From: Polyangiaceae bacterium
Lineage (GTDB): Bacteria; Myxococcota_A; Polyangia; Polyangiales; Polyangiaceae
Direction of reading: 5' to 3'
Assembly (NCBI GenBank): GCA_044376115.1
Contig: JBILLK010000016.1
Span: 32,001 to 96,000, forward strand
DNA: 64,000 bases
The notes under the pieces were generated by a model. It worked only from the letters and a program-made list of their open reading frames with translations, was not told where the DNA came from and did no database searches. This document shows positions 26,845 through 35,530 of the stretch, piece after piece. How positions within the stretch are numbered: the first letter of the stretch is position 1; each line of letters starts with the position of its first letter. Both the position numbers and the translations under genes were made by a program.

Positions 26845-27180
26845 ATGCGCCTCATCTATTCCTCCGTCTTTGCCGTTTCACTCTTGGGGATTGCGGCTGC
26901 AGCTTGCAGTGACGAGCCGGAACCTCAGTATCCGCAGCAGGGCTATCCCCAACAGGGTTACCCGCAGCAGGGCTACCCCCAACAGGGTTACCCGCAGCAG
27001 GGTTACCCGCAGCAGGGTTACCCCACGCAGCAGTACCCCACGCAGCAACCAACGGCCACTGCCACCGCTCAGCCCACCACTCCCTTTGGTCTCCCCATCC
27101 CCAGCGGGCTGATCCCGTCCGGTTTCACGCTGCCCAGCGGGTTGCCCGGCTTCCCGACCGCTGCGCCTCCCGCTCAGTGA
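26845..27180 (+). CDS. Small lipoprotein with YPQQG repeats
   Basis: MRLIYSSVFAVSLLGIAAAAC lipobox followed by (YPQQG)x6 and (YPTQQ)x2. Confidence 0.82.
   Translation: MRLIYSSVFAVSLLGIAAAACSDEPEPQYPQQGYPQQGYPQQGYPQQGYPQQGYPQQGYPTQQYPTQQPTATATAQPTTPFGLPIPSGLIPSGFTLPSGLPGFPTAAPPAQ
26929..27048 (+). repeat. 15-bp tandem repeat (YPQQG/YPTQQ)
   Basis: Eight units of TAYCCNCARCAGGGY type. Variation within the first six units is synonymous. Confidence 0.9.
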
Positions 27181-27275
27181 TTCGTTCCGCCTAAGGCGGG
27201 CGCTCCGGTGAGCCGTTGTTCCAAGTGCGGCTGAAGCGCTAAGCTTGCAGCCGCGCCGCTCAGCGGCGGCCAAAT

Positions 27276-28403
27276 ATGGAGAGTAGCGCGCTACCCATTC
27301 CCAAAGACCCTCGATGGCGCAGGCTGTTGGGGGTCACGTTGTTTGTCGGCCTCCTTTACGTCTTTCGAGGTCTTGCGCCAGTTCTGATCTGCTTCGTGAT
27401 CTTCGAGCGGGCGCTTGGTTTCTTGGCTGAACGCATCGTCCGCAAAACGCAGGTCAAGAAGGCCTACGCGGTTGGCGGTCTGCTGCTGGTGCTCACTGGC
27501 CTGGTCTCGACCGGTGGTTTCTTCGGGGTACGCGGGCTGATTCAGGTCGTTGAGCTGGCCAAGAGGGACGGCCAAGCCTGGGTTGAGTCGGTCACTGAGA
27601 GCGGCCTCATTCAGCGGGCTCGCGCGCAGCTCGGCACCGACTCGCATGCTTTCACCGAAGGCGCGCGCAGCTACGCTCTTCAGGCGTTCGGCTACGTCTC
27701 CGCCACCGCCTACGTCGCCATCTTCGTGTTCGTCGGTTTCATCCTCGCGGTGATGTACCTGTTCGAGCAGCGGGAGATCGACGACTGGCTCGAAGGTCTC
27801 GAGCCCAAGAGCGTGATCGGAACGCTGACGCGCTGGCTTGGCTATGTGGCGGACGCCGTCGCGATCACTGTGCGGCTTCAGGTCGTGGTGGCGATCTTCA
27901 ACGCGGTCTTTACGTTGCCACTGCTGTTGTTCCTCCGGCTGCCGAACGTACCGCTGCTGTTCCTCATGGTGCTCCTCTCGGGCATGGTGCCGGTCGTCGG
28001 CGGAGTGTTTTCGGGCCTCGTGCTGTGCCTCGTGGCTTACGACGCGAAGGGCTTCGTGGGCGTCGGCATCTTCCTTGGGGTGACGTTCGTGCTCAGCAAA
28101 GTCGAGAGCTACTACCTTTCACCTCGGCTCACGGCGCAGCACGTAAAGCTGCCGGGCATCATGTTGGTCATCAGCTTGCTGATGTTCGAAACGGTGTTCG
28201 GATTTTGGGGCTTGTTCCTCAGTTTCCCGGCGCTCTACGTGGCGCTTCGAATTGCCAACGAGTGGAAGGTCGAGGACTTGGATCGGCGCGCACGAATGAG
28301 CTCCATTCCACCGATCGCGACGGCGACCCCAGTGCCTCGCTCTGTGCCGACTTCTGCGCGTCCCACGGCGGCAAAACCGCCAGACCCTGTCGAATCCCCA
28401 TGA
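27276..28403 (+). CDS. AI-2E family transporter
   Basis: Multi-TM protein with VPVVG and ESYYLSPRL...VKLP...FGFWGLFLSFP. Confidence 0.88.
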   Translation: MESSALPIPKDPRWRRLLGVTLFVGLLYVFRGLAPVLICFVIFERALGFLAERIVRKTQVKKAYAVGGLLLVLTGLVSTGGFFGVRGLIQVVELAKRDGQAWVESVTESGLIQRARAQLGTDSHAFTEGARSYALQAFGYVSATAYVAIFVFVGFILAVMYLFEQREIDDWLEGLEPKSVIGTLTRWLGYVADAVAITVRLQVVVAIFNAVFTLPLLLFLRLPNVPLLFLMVLLSGMVPVVGGVFSGLVLCLVAYDAKGFVGVGIFLGVTFVLSKVESYYLSPRLTAQHVKLPGIMLVISLLMFETVFGFWGLFLSFPALYVALRIANEWKVEDLDRRARMSSIPPIATATPVPRSVPTSARPTAAKPPDPVESP

Positions 28404-29581
28404 AGCTCCAAGCTCTGTTCGTCGCGTCGGCGTTGGTTTGCAGCGTCGGTTGCGGCTTCTCCCAGCCGGCCTTTCCGCGAGGCCCATATCGCGTCATGGA
28501 GGCGCCCGACACCGAGCAGCGTATCCAGCGAATCACCTGCTCGCTTTCGGTCAAAGGGCAGCGCATGTCGCTCGCGACCGCGATGCAAAAGTACCAAGTG
28601 CCGGGCGTGAGCGTTGCGGCGATGTGGGGCGGTCAAGTCGTATGGGCGCGCGGCTTTGGTTCGGCCGACATCAACAAGCGTCGCCTGATGACGCCGGAGA
28701 CCACCTTGCAAGCGGCCAGCGTCTCCAAGCCGATGACCGCGGTCGCGGTGATGCGCATGGTGCAAGCGGGTGAACTCAACCTCGATGAGGACGTAACCGA
28801 CATCGTCGGCTGGGAGCCCGGTAAAGCCGATAGTCGCATCACGCTGCGCCAGCTGATGTCGCACACCAGCGGCCTCGGCGTGCATGGCTTTGGCGGCTAC
28901 AAACGCAATCGTGAGGAGCTTCCGAGCGCGCTCGATATCCTCGACGGCAAAGCGGCAAACTCAGCGCCGGTGCGCTTTGCCGGCCCTCCCGGTGAGTCGC
29001 GCTATTCGGGCGGCGGCTTCACGCTGGTGCAAGCGTTGGTGGAGGAGGAGATGGGCGAAGAGTTCGAGGAGGCCATGTACGACTGGTTGATTCGGCCCTT
29101 TCGGCTCACGCACAGCACCTTCCACCAGCCGCTCGATGGGGACAACCTTGCCTACGCCGCTACCGGCTACGTCGAGGGTGCGCCGGTCCCGTTTGGCCAT
29201 CACGTCTACCCTGAGAAGGCCGCTGCGGGCCTTTGGACGACGCCGACGGATCTCTTGACTGTCGCCGCCTCGCTGATGAACTCCTACAACGGCGGGCCGG
29301 GCCCGCTGTCCCCAGCGTTCGCGCGGCAGATGTTTACGCCGGTCGCGCCCGGGCAGAAGTTTGGTCTGGGCTTCGCCGTCCGCAACGAGGGCAACGTGCT
29401 CGAGGCATGGCACAGCGGTGTGAACCACGGCTTCACCTCGCTCGTGACCTTCCGCTCGGATGGTTCTGGCGCCGCGGTGCTGGTCAACGCCAACGGTCCT
29501 TTGGCTGGGGCCATCGTCGATTCGATCGGCGAAGAGTACGGCTGGCGCGGCAGCAAAGCCGGCGTCGCTTGCGCGCCCTAA
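28400..29581 (+). CDS. Serine hydrolase, beta-lactamase class C-like lipoprotein
   Basis: SVSK (SxxK), LMSHTSG, YSGGG and HSG motifs; lipobox SVGC; ATGA overlap with the upstream gene. Confidence 0.9.
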   Translation: MKLQALFVASALVCSVGCGFSQPAFPRGPYRVMEAPDTEQRIQRITCSLSVKGQRMSLATAMQKYQVPGVSVAAMWGGQVVWARGFGSADINKRRLMTPETTLQAASVSKPMTAVAVMRMVQAGELNLDEDVTDIVGWEPGKADSRITLRQLMSHTSGLGVHGFGGYKRNREELPSALDILDGKAANSAPVRFAGPPGESRYSGGGFTLVQALVEEEMGEEFEEAMYDWLIRPFRLTHSTFHQPLDGDNLAYAATGYVEGAPVPFGHHVYPEKAAAGLWTTPTDLLTVAASLMNSYNGGPGPLSPAFARQMFTPVAPGQKFGLGFAVRNEGNVLEAWHSGVNHGFTSLVTFRSDGSGAAVLVNANGPLAGAIVDSIGEEYGWRGSKAGVACAP

Positions 29582-29643
29582 CGGCTGCACCAAAACCAGG
29601 CGCTAGCGCGAAGCATCTGCGCTGTTCGGGTGCATGCAGCGCG

Positions 29644-29701
29644 CGAACCCAGCCCGATATTCCCGAACCCAGCCTGCTTTCCCGACGGCACGCAGCGTGC
29701 T
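29644..29701 (+). promoter_or_regulatory. Direct repeat (CGAACCCAGCC x2, 20-bp period) next to a sigma54-type promoter
   Basis: Repeats start at 29644 and 29664. CGGCACG-CAGC-GTGCT (GG-N10-GC) spans 29686-29701 and RBS GGAGG is at 29714. Confidence 0.65.
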
Positions 29702-29723
29702 GAAGCACGCTCCGGAGGTGAAC

Positions 29724-30623
29724 GTGGAAGAAGGCTTGGATGTTCGTTTTTGGGGTGTGCGCGGCAGTCTCCCGAGTCCCGGACCGGAGACGGCGATGGT
29801 GGGCGGCAACACCGCCTGCGTCGAGGTTTGTGGTGGTGGTTCGCGGGTGATCTTGGATGCGGGCAGCGGCATTCGCGCGCTGGGTGATGCGCTGATGGCG
29901 AAGGGGGAGGGCGAGGACCTCACCATCCTGCTCTCGCACGTGCACTGGGATCACGTGATGGGCCTGCCGTTCTTTGCGCCGCTCTACGCGGGTAAGACGC
30001 CGATCACGATCGCCGCTGGGCCGCTCGGTTTGCCGGTGGCTTCAGCGTTGGAGCGGCAGATGTCGCCGCCGCTTTTTCCGGTGAGCTACGACGCTGTGCG
30101 TTCGCGCGTGAGGACGGTGGACCTCGCGGCCGACAGTCACTTTCGCGTGGGGGCTCTCACCATCACCATGTTGCCGCTGATTCATCCGGACCCGGTGATC
30201 GCCTATCGCATCGCGTTCGGTAGCAGCTCGGTTGTCTACGCCACCGACACCGAGCACGTCGAGGGCCAGCTCGATGAGCGACTGCTCCACTTCGCGCGCG
30301 GTGCCGACATCCTGATCTACGACGCCCAATACACGCCGGAGGAGTATCGCGGGGAGGTCGGGCCTTCACGAAAAGGCTGGGGTCATTCGACCTTCCTTGC
30401 CGGGGCTGAACTAGCTCGCGCAGCCAACATCAAGACGTTGGCGCTCTTTCATCACGATCCGCGTCGTACCGACGCAGAGGTCGCGGCCATCGTTCAGCGC
30501 TGCCGTGAGCACTTCCCGAGCACGGTGGCAGCGCGCGAGAACCTCTCCTTGCGGGTGGAGGTTCCGCCCTCGACCGTGAGCCGACATCGAGCCGAGCTCC
30601 AGCATGTCGCGGCGTTGGCGTGA
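29724..30623 (+). CDS. MBL-fold metallo-hydrolase (RNase Z/phosphodiesterase-like)
   Basis: FWGVRGS, GGNT.C, DAGSG, SHVHWDH, TDTE, GWGHS and FHHDP. Confidence 0.92.
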   Translation: MEEGLDVRFWGVRGSLPSPGPETAMVGGNTACVEVCGGGSRVILDAGSGIRALGDALMAKGEGEDLTILLSHVHWDHVMGLPFFAPLYAGKTPITIAAGPLGLPVASALERQMSPPLFPVSYDAVRSRVRTVDLAADSHFRVGALTITMLPLIHPDPVIAYRIAFGSSSVVYATDTEHVEGQLDERLLHFARGADILIYDAQYTPEEYRGEVGPSRKGWGHSTFLAGAELARAANIKTLALFHHDPRRTDAEVAAIVQRCREHFPSTVAARENLSLRVEVPPSTVSRHRAELQHVAALA

Positions 30624-30648
30624 GCACGGCTCGAGCGGGGTTCGACTT

Positions 30649-30667
30649 TGATAGTTATGAGCTATCA
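30649..30667. promoter_or_regulatory. OxyR/LysR-type operator upstream of dps
   Basis: TGATAG-TTATGAG-CTATCA, an ATAG-N7-CTAT inverted repeat about 95 bp before the dps ATG. Confidence 0.65.
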
Positions 30668-30761
30668 GAGTCGTCAGTTCGTTGTCTTAGCGAGCACGAG
30701 CGAAGCTCCTTAGAGTTCATGAGTCGGCTGCTCAACAAGCCGCAAACAAGGAGTCTTCATC

Positions 30762-31238
30762 ATGTTCAAGAGCCCCAGCCAGCTGTCCGAGTCCGTTCGT
30801 TCCAAGCTCGTGGACGCGCTCAACGCGCGCCTCGCCGACGGCTTGGATCTTCATAGTCAGATCAAGGTCGCCCATTGGAACGTCAAAGGGCCGCAGTTCG
30901 CCTCGCTGCATCCTTTGTTCGAGACCTTCGCCGTTGGTCTAGCGCTGCACAACGACAGCGTCGCTGAGCGAGCCGTTACGCTCGGTGGAAAGGCCTACGG
31001 CACCGCTCGGCACGTGACCAAGCATTCGCGCTTGGAGGAGTACCCGCAAGACACGACGCGAGGCCTCGATCACGTAAAGCTGTTAGCGGAGCGCATCGAG
31101 ACCTTCCTCGAAGGGGGGCGTGAATCGCGCTCGCTCGCCGAAGAACTCGCTGACACCGACACTGCCGACCTGTTCACCCAGATCATCACCGAGTTTGAGA
31201 AGCACGCTTGGTTCCTGCGCGCGTCGCTCGAGAGCTGA
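30762..31238 (+). CDS. dps: DNA starvation/stationary-phase protection protein Dps
   Basis: KVAHWNVKGPQF..LH.LF, D.VAER...LGG, D.DTADL and EKHAWFL; RBS AAGGAG. Confidence 0.95.
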   Translation: MFKSPSQLSESVRSKLVDALNARLADGLDLHSQIKVAHWNVKGPQFASLHPLFETFAVGLALHNDSVAERAVTLGGKAYGTARHVTKHSRLEEYPQDTTRGLDHVKLLAERIETFLEGGRESRSLAEELADTDTADLFTQIITEFEKHAWFLRASLES

Positions 31239-31338
31239 GTGTGTCAGCAGATTGGCAGCGTGTGCTGCGTTTGACGCGGCCCGAAGCTGCGTCGGGCGAA
31301 ATTCTCAATGGCGTCGTGCCGCCGAAGATTGGGCCCAA

Positions 31339-31354
31339 TGGCATGTACTGTGCT
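31339..31354 (+). promoter_or_regulatory. Sigma54-type promoter for the tRNA-like RNA
   Basis: TGGCATG-TACT-GTGCT (GG-N10-GC). The predicted +1 is near 31365, about 4 nt before the acceptor stem. Confidence 0.65.
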
Positions 31355-31368
31355 CAATGGAGGGCACT

Positions 31369-31455
31369 CGTAAGCGCTACCAAAAAGGCCGCGGGTCGCG
31401 GCGCCGACAAGGGCGAGTAGCGTCAGGTCCGGTTCGACTCCGGGGCTTACGACCA
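31369..31455 (+). ncRNA. tRNA-like non-coding RNA (acceptor stem, T-arm and ACCA; non-canonical core)
   Basis: CGTAAGC (31369-75) pairs with GCTTACG (31445-51). The T-arm is TCCGG-TTCGACT-CCGGG, followed by discriminator A and CCA. It is intergenic. Confidence 0.7.
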
Positions 31456-31465
31456 ATAGCAACGA

Positions 31466-32716
31466 TCAGAAATGCAGCGCCGCACTGCCTTGGGCACCGG
31501 CCCCAAAGGAATCCGCCGACACGTCCAACAGACCGTAATCATCTCCGCTCGACTCGGCCGCGCACCACTCGCTCTCGACGTGGCCGAAGCCGACGCGGCC
31601 GCCGAGCCCGAGCGAAAGGAGCGAGAGCGGGTAGAACTCGACGCCGACCACCAGATCCCCTTGGAAGCCGCGCAGCGTTGGGTCCCAATCAACGCCGTTC
31701 ACGCCGCAACCGGGGACCTCGCTGGGCGCCATCACCTGCAGGTAGCCAAGCTCGAGTGCGACGCTCATGCCGATGCGGTCGAGGACGTTGGCGGCGAGCC
31801 GCGGCCCCGCGCCGACCACGAAACTGGTGGTGGAGTCCTGGTCTGGCGGCGTCAGTTGCTGGCCGGTGCTGCTGCCGCTGACGAAGGTTTGAATCGGTAC
31901 GCCGGTGCCGATGTGCACCCGGCCATGAGCGAGCAGCCCGATCGCGAGATCGCCTTCTTGCGCGACGTTGACGATCACGCGACCACCGGTGAAGAAGCCG
32001 CTCAGGTCGAAGGCAGGGATGGCGCCAGCGTTGGCGAGCAGCTCGTCACTGTTATCGAGCTTGAAGCTTTGCGCGTAAGCGCCAGCGTCCACTTGCACGA
32101 TCACCCGCTGCTTGAGCACGTCGGGTTGGCCGAACGGATCACTGAGCGGTGCCACGCTCTTCCACTCACGCACCGACTTCGCCGGCTTGGGCTTGGGCAG
32201 GTCCCCGAGATCGAACGTGCGCAGCTCGGCCTCGAACGGTTGGTAAGCGAGCTTGACGCGCTCGGCTCTGGCCTTGGCGCGCTCGTAGTCGCTCTCCTCG
32301 GCCAGGCTCTTGATGTCGGCGCGGTAGCTCTGCTCAAGCTCGGCGAGCGCTGCTTGGCGTTTGCTCTTGGCCTGCTCGAAACGTTGCCACGCCTCGACGC
32401 GTGAGCGGCCGAAGTCACGGTACGGGTTGCTGTCCTCGGTGCCGTATTCGGCGATGGCCGACCACGCCAGCAAGCAGGCGCTGGCCCCGCTCCCCTGCGA
32501 CTCGCAACGCCGGCCCACTGCGACGCGACGGGCCAGCTCCACATCGACGCTACGCAGCGTGAAGGACGGCTCGCGATAAGGCGGAAATGCCGGCTCCGGC
32601 GGTACCGTGAACTCCGCAGGCAGCGTCAGCTCAGACGCGGCGCCCTGGGCCTGCACCACAGCGGGCGAGCCGCACAAGGCGCCGCAAGCAAGCAGGGGGC
32701 CGAGCAGCCAACGCAT
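31466..32716 (-). CDS. Exported protein: helical/coiled-coil module plus a C-terminal outer-membrane beta-barrel
   Basis: Signal peptide, AW..IA.Y...NP......R.EAW coil, alternating beta-strands and terminal AALHF; TGATG-coupled to the upstream gene. Confidence 0.75.
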   Translation of the reverse strand: MRWLLGPLLACGALCGSPAVVQAQGAASELTLPAEFTVPPEPAFPPYREPSFTLRSVDVELARRVAVGRRCESQGSGASACLLAWSAIAEYGTEDSNPYRDFGRSRVEAWQRFEQAKSKRQAALAELEQSYRADIKSLAEESDYERAKARAERVKLAYQPFEAELRTFDLGDLPKPKPAKSVREWKSVAPLSDPFGQPDVLKQRVIVQVDAGAYAQSFKLDNSDELLANAGAIPAFDLSGFFTGGRVIVNVAQEGDLAIGLLAHGRVHIGTGVPIQTFVSGSSTGQQLTPPDQDSTTSFVVGAGPRLAANVLDRIGMSVALELGYLQVMAPSEVPGCGVNGVDWDPTLRGFQGDLVVGVEFYPLSLLSLGLGGRVGFGHVESEWCAAESSGDDYGLLDVSADSFGAGAQGSAALHF

Positions 32717-34674
32717 CAGAGCGTGACGCCGACCTGGCCTCCGAGGGTGAACGTTACAAGCGGGGCTCGCGCGTCGTCGTCGCCCGCCAAGTAGACCAGC
32801 GCGCCGTTGGAAAGGGCAGTTTCCAGGAAGAGTAGGTTGACGGCCGTGCGGAAGCCGACCGAGAAAAGACGGTCATTGTAGCCAATGCCCGCAAATAGAT
32901 CGGCAACAGGTCCAGCTAGTCCGTCTGCGATGAACCCTGTCGGCACCAGGTTGTTGCTCGCGTCTGCCGCGAGTTCGTCGATGGTTGCGCTGAGCTGGCC
33001 GTAGCCACCGCCGCCGCCGAGGTGAAGCGTGGACTCCGGGCTTAGCCGAACGTCGAAGCGAGCGCCGCCGGTGAAAAGCAAGGTGGTGGCGTCGCCTGCG
33101 AAGAAGCCGCGGAAAGCACCGTAGAGTCCGAGTCCACCCTGGAAACAGCTGGAGTCTTTGCAGAAAGCGCCCGGGAGCAGCTCCGGAGTCGACAACATGG
33201 CTCCGATCATCAATGAACCTGGGCTGACCAAGTTGTCTGTGTCGTCGCGGACCTTGCCCTCATTGACTGTCTTGTCCTGATTCTCGAACTTGACCTTAAC
33301 GTCCGTGGAGCCTGCGTACCCGATGTCTGCGTCGATCTGAAGAAAGCCGAAGCCCAAGACGCCTTGACCAGAGCTGGCGGTCCCAGTGTCAGGAGTGGGC
33401 GTGCTGCCGCCGTTATTGTTGATGCCGACGCTCGCGTCGGTCGAGAGGCCGATGGAAGCGAGCTCTTTGCTGCGAGCGCCGTAAACCTCGTTGAACTCCT
33501 TCTTGTAGGATTCCTTTTGGTCGGGCTTGATCACCTCGTCTCCGAGGGCGAGCAAGCGATCGAGCTTGGCCTTGTCCTCGAGGTAACGGGTCTTCAGCCG
33601 CTCGAGGGCTTCCCGTTGACGCTGCTCTTGGCTCTCGCGGATGCGCCAGGCCTCGAGGCGCTCGTCAGCGGTGCTCTTGAGCGGGTTACCGCCCTTCTTG
33701 TCCTTGTAGTTCGCGAGGTTCTCCCAAGCGCGCACACGGTCGCTTGCGGCGTAGGAGGTGTTCTTCTCCGCGCGCACGGCCACGTCCAACAGCTCGTACA
33801 GATCGACGTCGACGCTCGCGAGGTTGGTGGTGGTGGCGTTGTCGAGCTCGAGCGCGTCCACCGTCTCGAGCTGGGCTACCGGATCGAGACCGGCGCCGAA
33901 CCCGGCGGAGGCCATGGTCTGACCCTTGTTCTTGTTGAGCGGAGCAAGGCCCAGCTGCAAAATTGCACCACACTCGGGGCTGTCGGGCTTTTTTGCGCAG
34001 ATGTCGATGTCGCCTTGGGAGCGCAGGTTGCGCGCAGCCTCATCACGACCGATGCCGCCGCCGGCCGAACCTACTTCGACCGAAGCTCCGACCTTGCCCT
34101 TGGCCCGAGCATCGAGCCGGAAGGCGCCCACGGTGATGGTGCGAACGAAGTGGGTGGCGTCCTGGCAGTCTCCCTTGGACGCCTTCGGTGAGTCGTTGGC
34201 GACCCGTTGCCCGACGGCGATGTAGTCGAGCTCGAGCGAGGAGCCAGTCGACAGCTCGCCTTTGAGCGAGGCCGCACCGAGCGGGAGCTTGGCGTAGAGC
34301 TCGTTGTTGTCGGAGATCTCGATGCGGTCGCGCGCGGGCGTCGTCGATTCGAGATCGTAGCCGCCCTCGATCTGGCAGCTGGTCAGGATCTTCATCGTGC
34401 AGCCGGCGTAGCTCACCGCGACGAGACCGCGGCGGGAGGCCGACTCGAGGTCCACCTTGGCTGTGCCCGGCCACTCGACGACCAACGGATTCAGCGGATC
34501 GCGCGCAACTTTGCAGGTGGCTTGCTGCCCGTCGGCGTCTTCAACCGTGGGCACCTCGGTGATCAGCTGCTGTGACGGGCAGCCAAGCAGCGTGAAGGCC
34601 ACCAGCGTGAGCGCAACGAAGGCGGCCCAACGCCGCGCGAACCGGTTGTCCGAGAGGATATGCATGGCGACCAT
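32716..34674 (-). CDS. Large lipoprotein: MACPF-signature-like domain, coiled coil and beta-barrel-like C-terminus
   Basis: Lipobox LLGC. The N-domain is paralogous to 34776-35519 (VEWPGT.KV.LES, THFVRTITVGA, LGLAPL) and the coil is homologous to 31466-32716. Confidence 0.75.
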   Translation of the reverse strand: MVAMHILSDNRFARRWAAFVALTLVAFTLLGCPSQQLITEVPTVEDADGQQATCKVARDPLNPLVVEWPGTAKVDLESASRRGLVAVSYAGCTMKILTSCQIEGGYDLESTTPARDRIEISDNNELYAKLPLGAASLKGELSTGSSLELDYIAVGQRVANDSPKASKGDCQDATHFVRTITVGAFRLDARAKGKVGASVEVGSAGGGIGRDEAARNLRSQGDIDICAKKPDSPECGAILQLGLAPLNKNKGQTMASAGFGAGLDPVAQLETVDALELDNATTTNLASVDVDLYELLDVAVRAEKNTSYAASDRVRAWENLANYKDKKGGNPLKSTADERLEAWRIRESQEQRQREALERLKTRYLEDKAKLDRLLALGDEVIKPDQKESYKKEFNEVYGARSKELASIGLSTDASVGINNNGGSTPTPDTGTASSGQGVLGFGFLQIDADIGYAGSTDVKVKFENQDKTVNEGKVRDDTDNLVSPGSLMIGAMLSTPELLPGAFCKDSSCFQGGLGLYGAFRGFFAGDATTLLFTGGARFDVRLSPESTLHLGGGGGYGQLSATIDELAADASNNLVPTGFIADGLAGPVADLFAGIGYNDRLFSVGFRTAVNLLFLETALSNGALVYLAGDDDARAPLVTFTLGGQVGVTL

Positions 34675-34775
34675 GGGCGCGTACTACGGCGGCGCGGCGA
34701 AGAGTATGCCTTATCGCGAGGGGCACGGTTGTCCCGCCCCTCAGCTGCGCTGTGGTCAGCTGCAGGACGCTCAGG

Positions 34776-35519
34776 TCAAGGCAGGGGAGCGAGCCCGAGT
34801 CTCACCGGCGCTCCACACCCGCTGGTCTTCACAGCTTTTTCATCCAACTCGGTCTTGCTCGAACAAGCCTCGAGATCCCCGGAGTTCTTGAGCCGCTGAC
34901 GGGAGGAGTCACTGTGGCCGCCCACGGCGACGATGCCGACGTCGATGTCGGCGCCGGCTTTGGCCTTGGCCGCCGACTCCATGTTGTAGGCGCCGATCGA
35001 AATGGTGCGCACGTAGTGAGTCGCCTGCGCGCAATCACCGCTCAGCTCAGCGGGCTCTCCTTTCGCGAGCTTTTGTCCGACCAGCACGTAATCCAGGCTC
35101 AATTTGCGCCCCGAGGCGAGCTCGGCTTTGAGGCTCTGCGAGGCGATCGGCAGCTTGGAGAAGAGGTCGTTGTCGTCGTTGATTTCGAGCTTGTCGCGGC
35201 TGGGCGTCACCGACTCGTAGTCGTACGCGCCTGCTGCCTCGCAGCGCGGAAGCACATCGAGCTTGCAGCCCTGGAGACGCACCATCACGAGGCCGCGCTT
35301 GCTGATGCTCTCGAGCTCGACCTTGTGCGTGCCCGGCCACTCGACGATGAACGGGTTCTCGCGGTCGAGGGCGTTCTTGCACAGCTCCGCCGGATCTTTG
35401 CCCTCGGCGTCGGCGACCGAGAGCTCCTGCGCTTTGACGCCTGCTCCAGCGACACAGCCAGCGGAAGACGACGCAAACGAGGCAACGAGGAGCGAAAAGA
35501 CGCGAGCCGTTCGGTTCAT
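34776..35519 (-). CDS. Small lipoprotein consisting only of the shared MACPF-signature-like domain
   Basis: Lipobox SAGC, six conserved Cys, THYVRTISIGA and GAPVRLGLAPLP. Confidence 0.78.
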   Translation of the reverse strand: MNRTARVFSLLVASFASSSAGCVAGAGVKAQELSVADAEGKDPAELCKNALDRENPFIVEWPGTHKVELESISKRGLVMVRLQGCKLDVLPRCEAAGAYDYESVTPSRDKLEINDDNDLFSKLPIASQSLKAELASGRKLSLDYVLVGQKLAKGEPAELSGDCAQATHYVRTISIGAYNMESAAKAKAGADIDVGIVAVGGHSDSSRQRLKNSGDLEACSSKTELDEKAVKTSGCGAPVRLGLAPLP

Positions 35520-35530
35520 CGGAAATTCCT

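Noticed and set aside
26929..27048. Possible CRISPR array
   Set aside because: Contiguous 15-bp coding units with no spacers and no cas genes.
31369..31455. tmRNA, tRNA-Sec, a canonical tRNA-Thr(GGT) or a phage att remnant
   Set aside because: There is no G3-U70 or tag ORF and no UCA anticodon arm, and the GGT loop lacks U33/R37 and a D-arm. An att duplication would not normally keep a matching 5' acceptor strand with its own promoter.
31120..31881. ORFs crossing the dps downstream region (253, 70 and 72 aa)
   Set aside because: Arg-rich or featureless shadow frames that overlap dps, the RNA element and the convergent gene.
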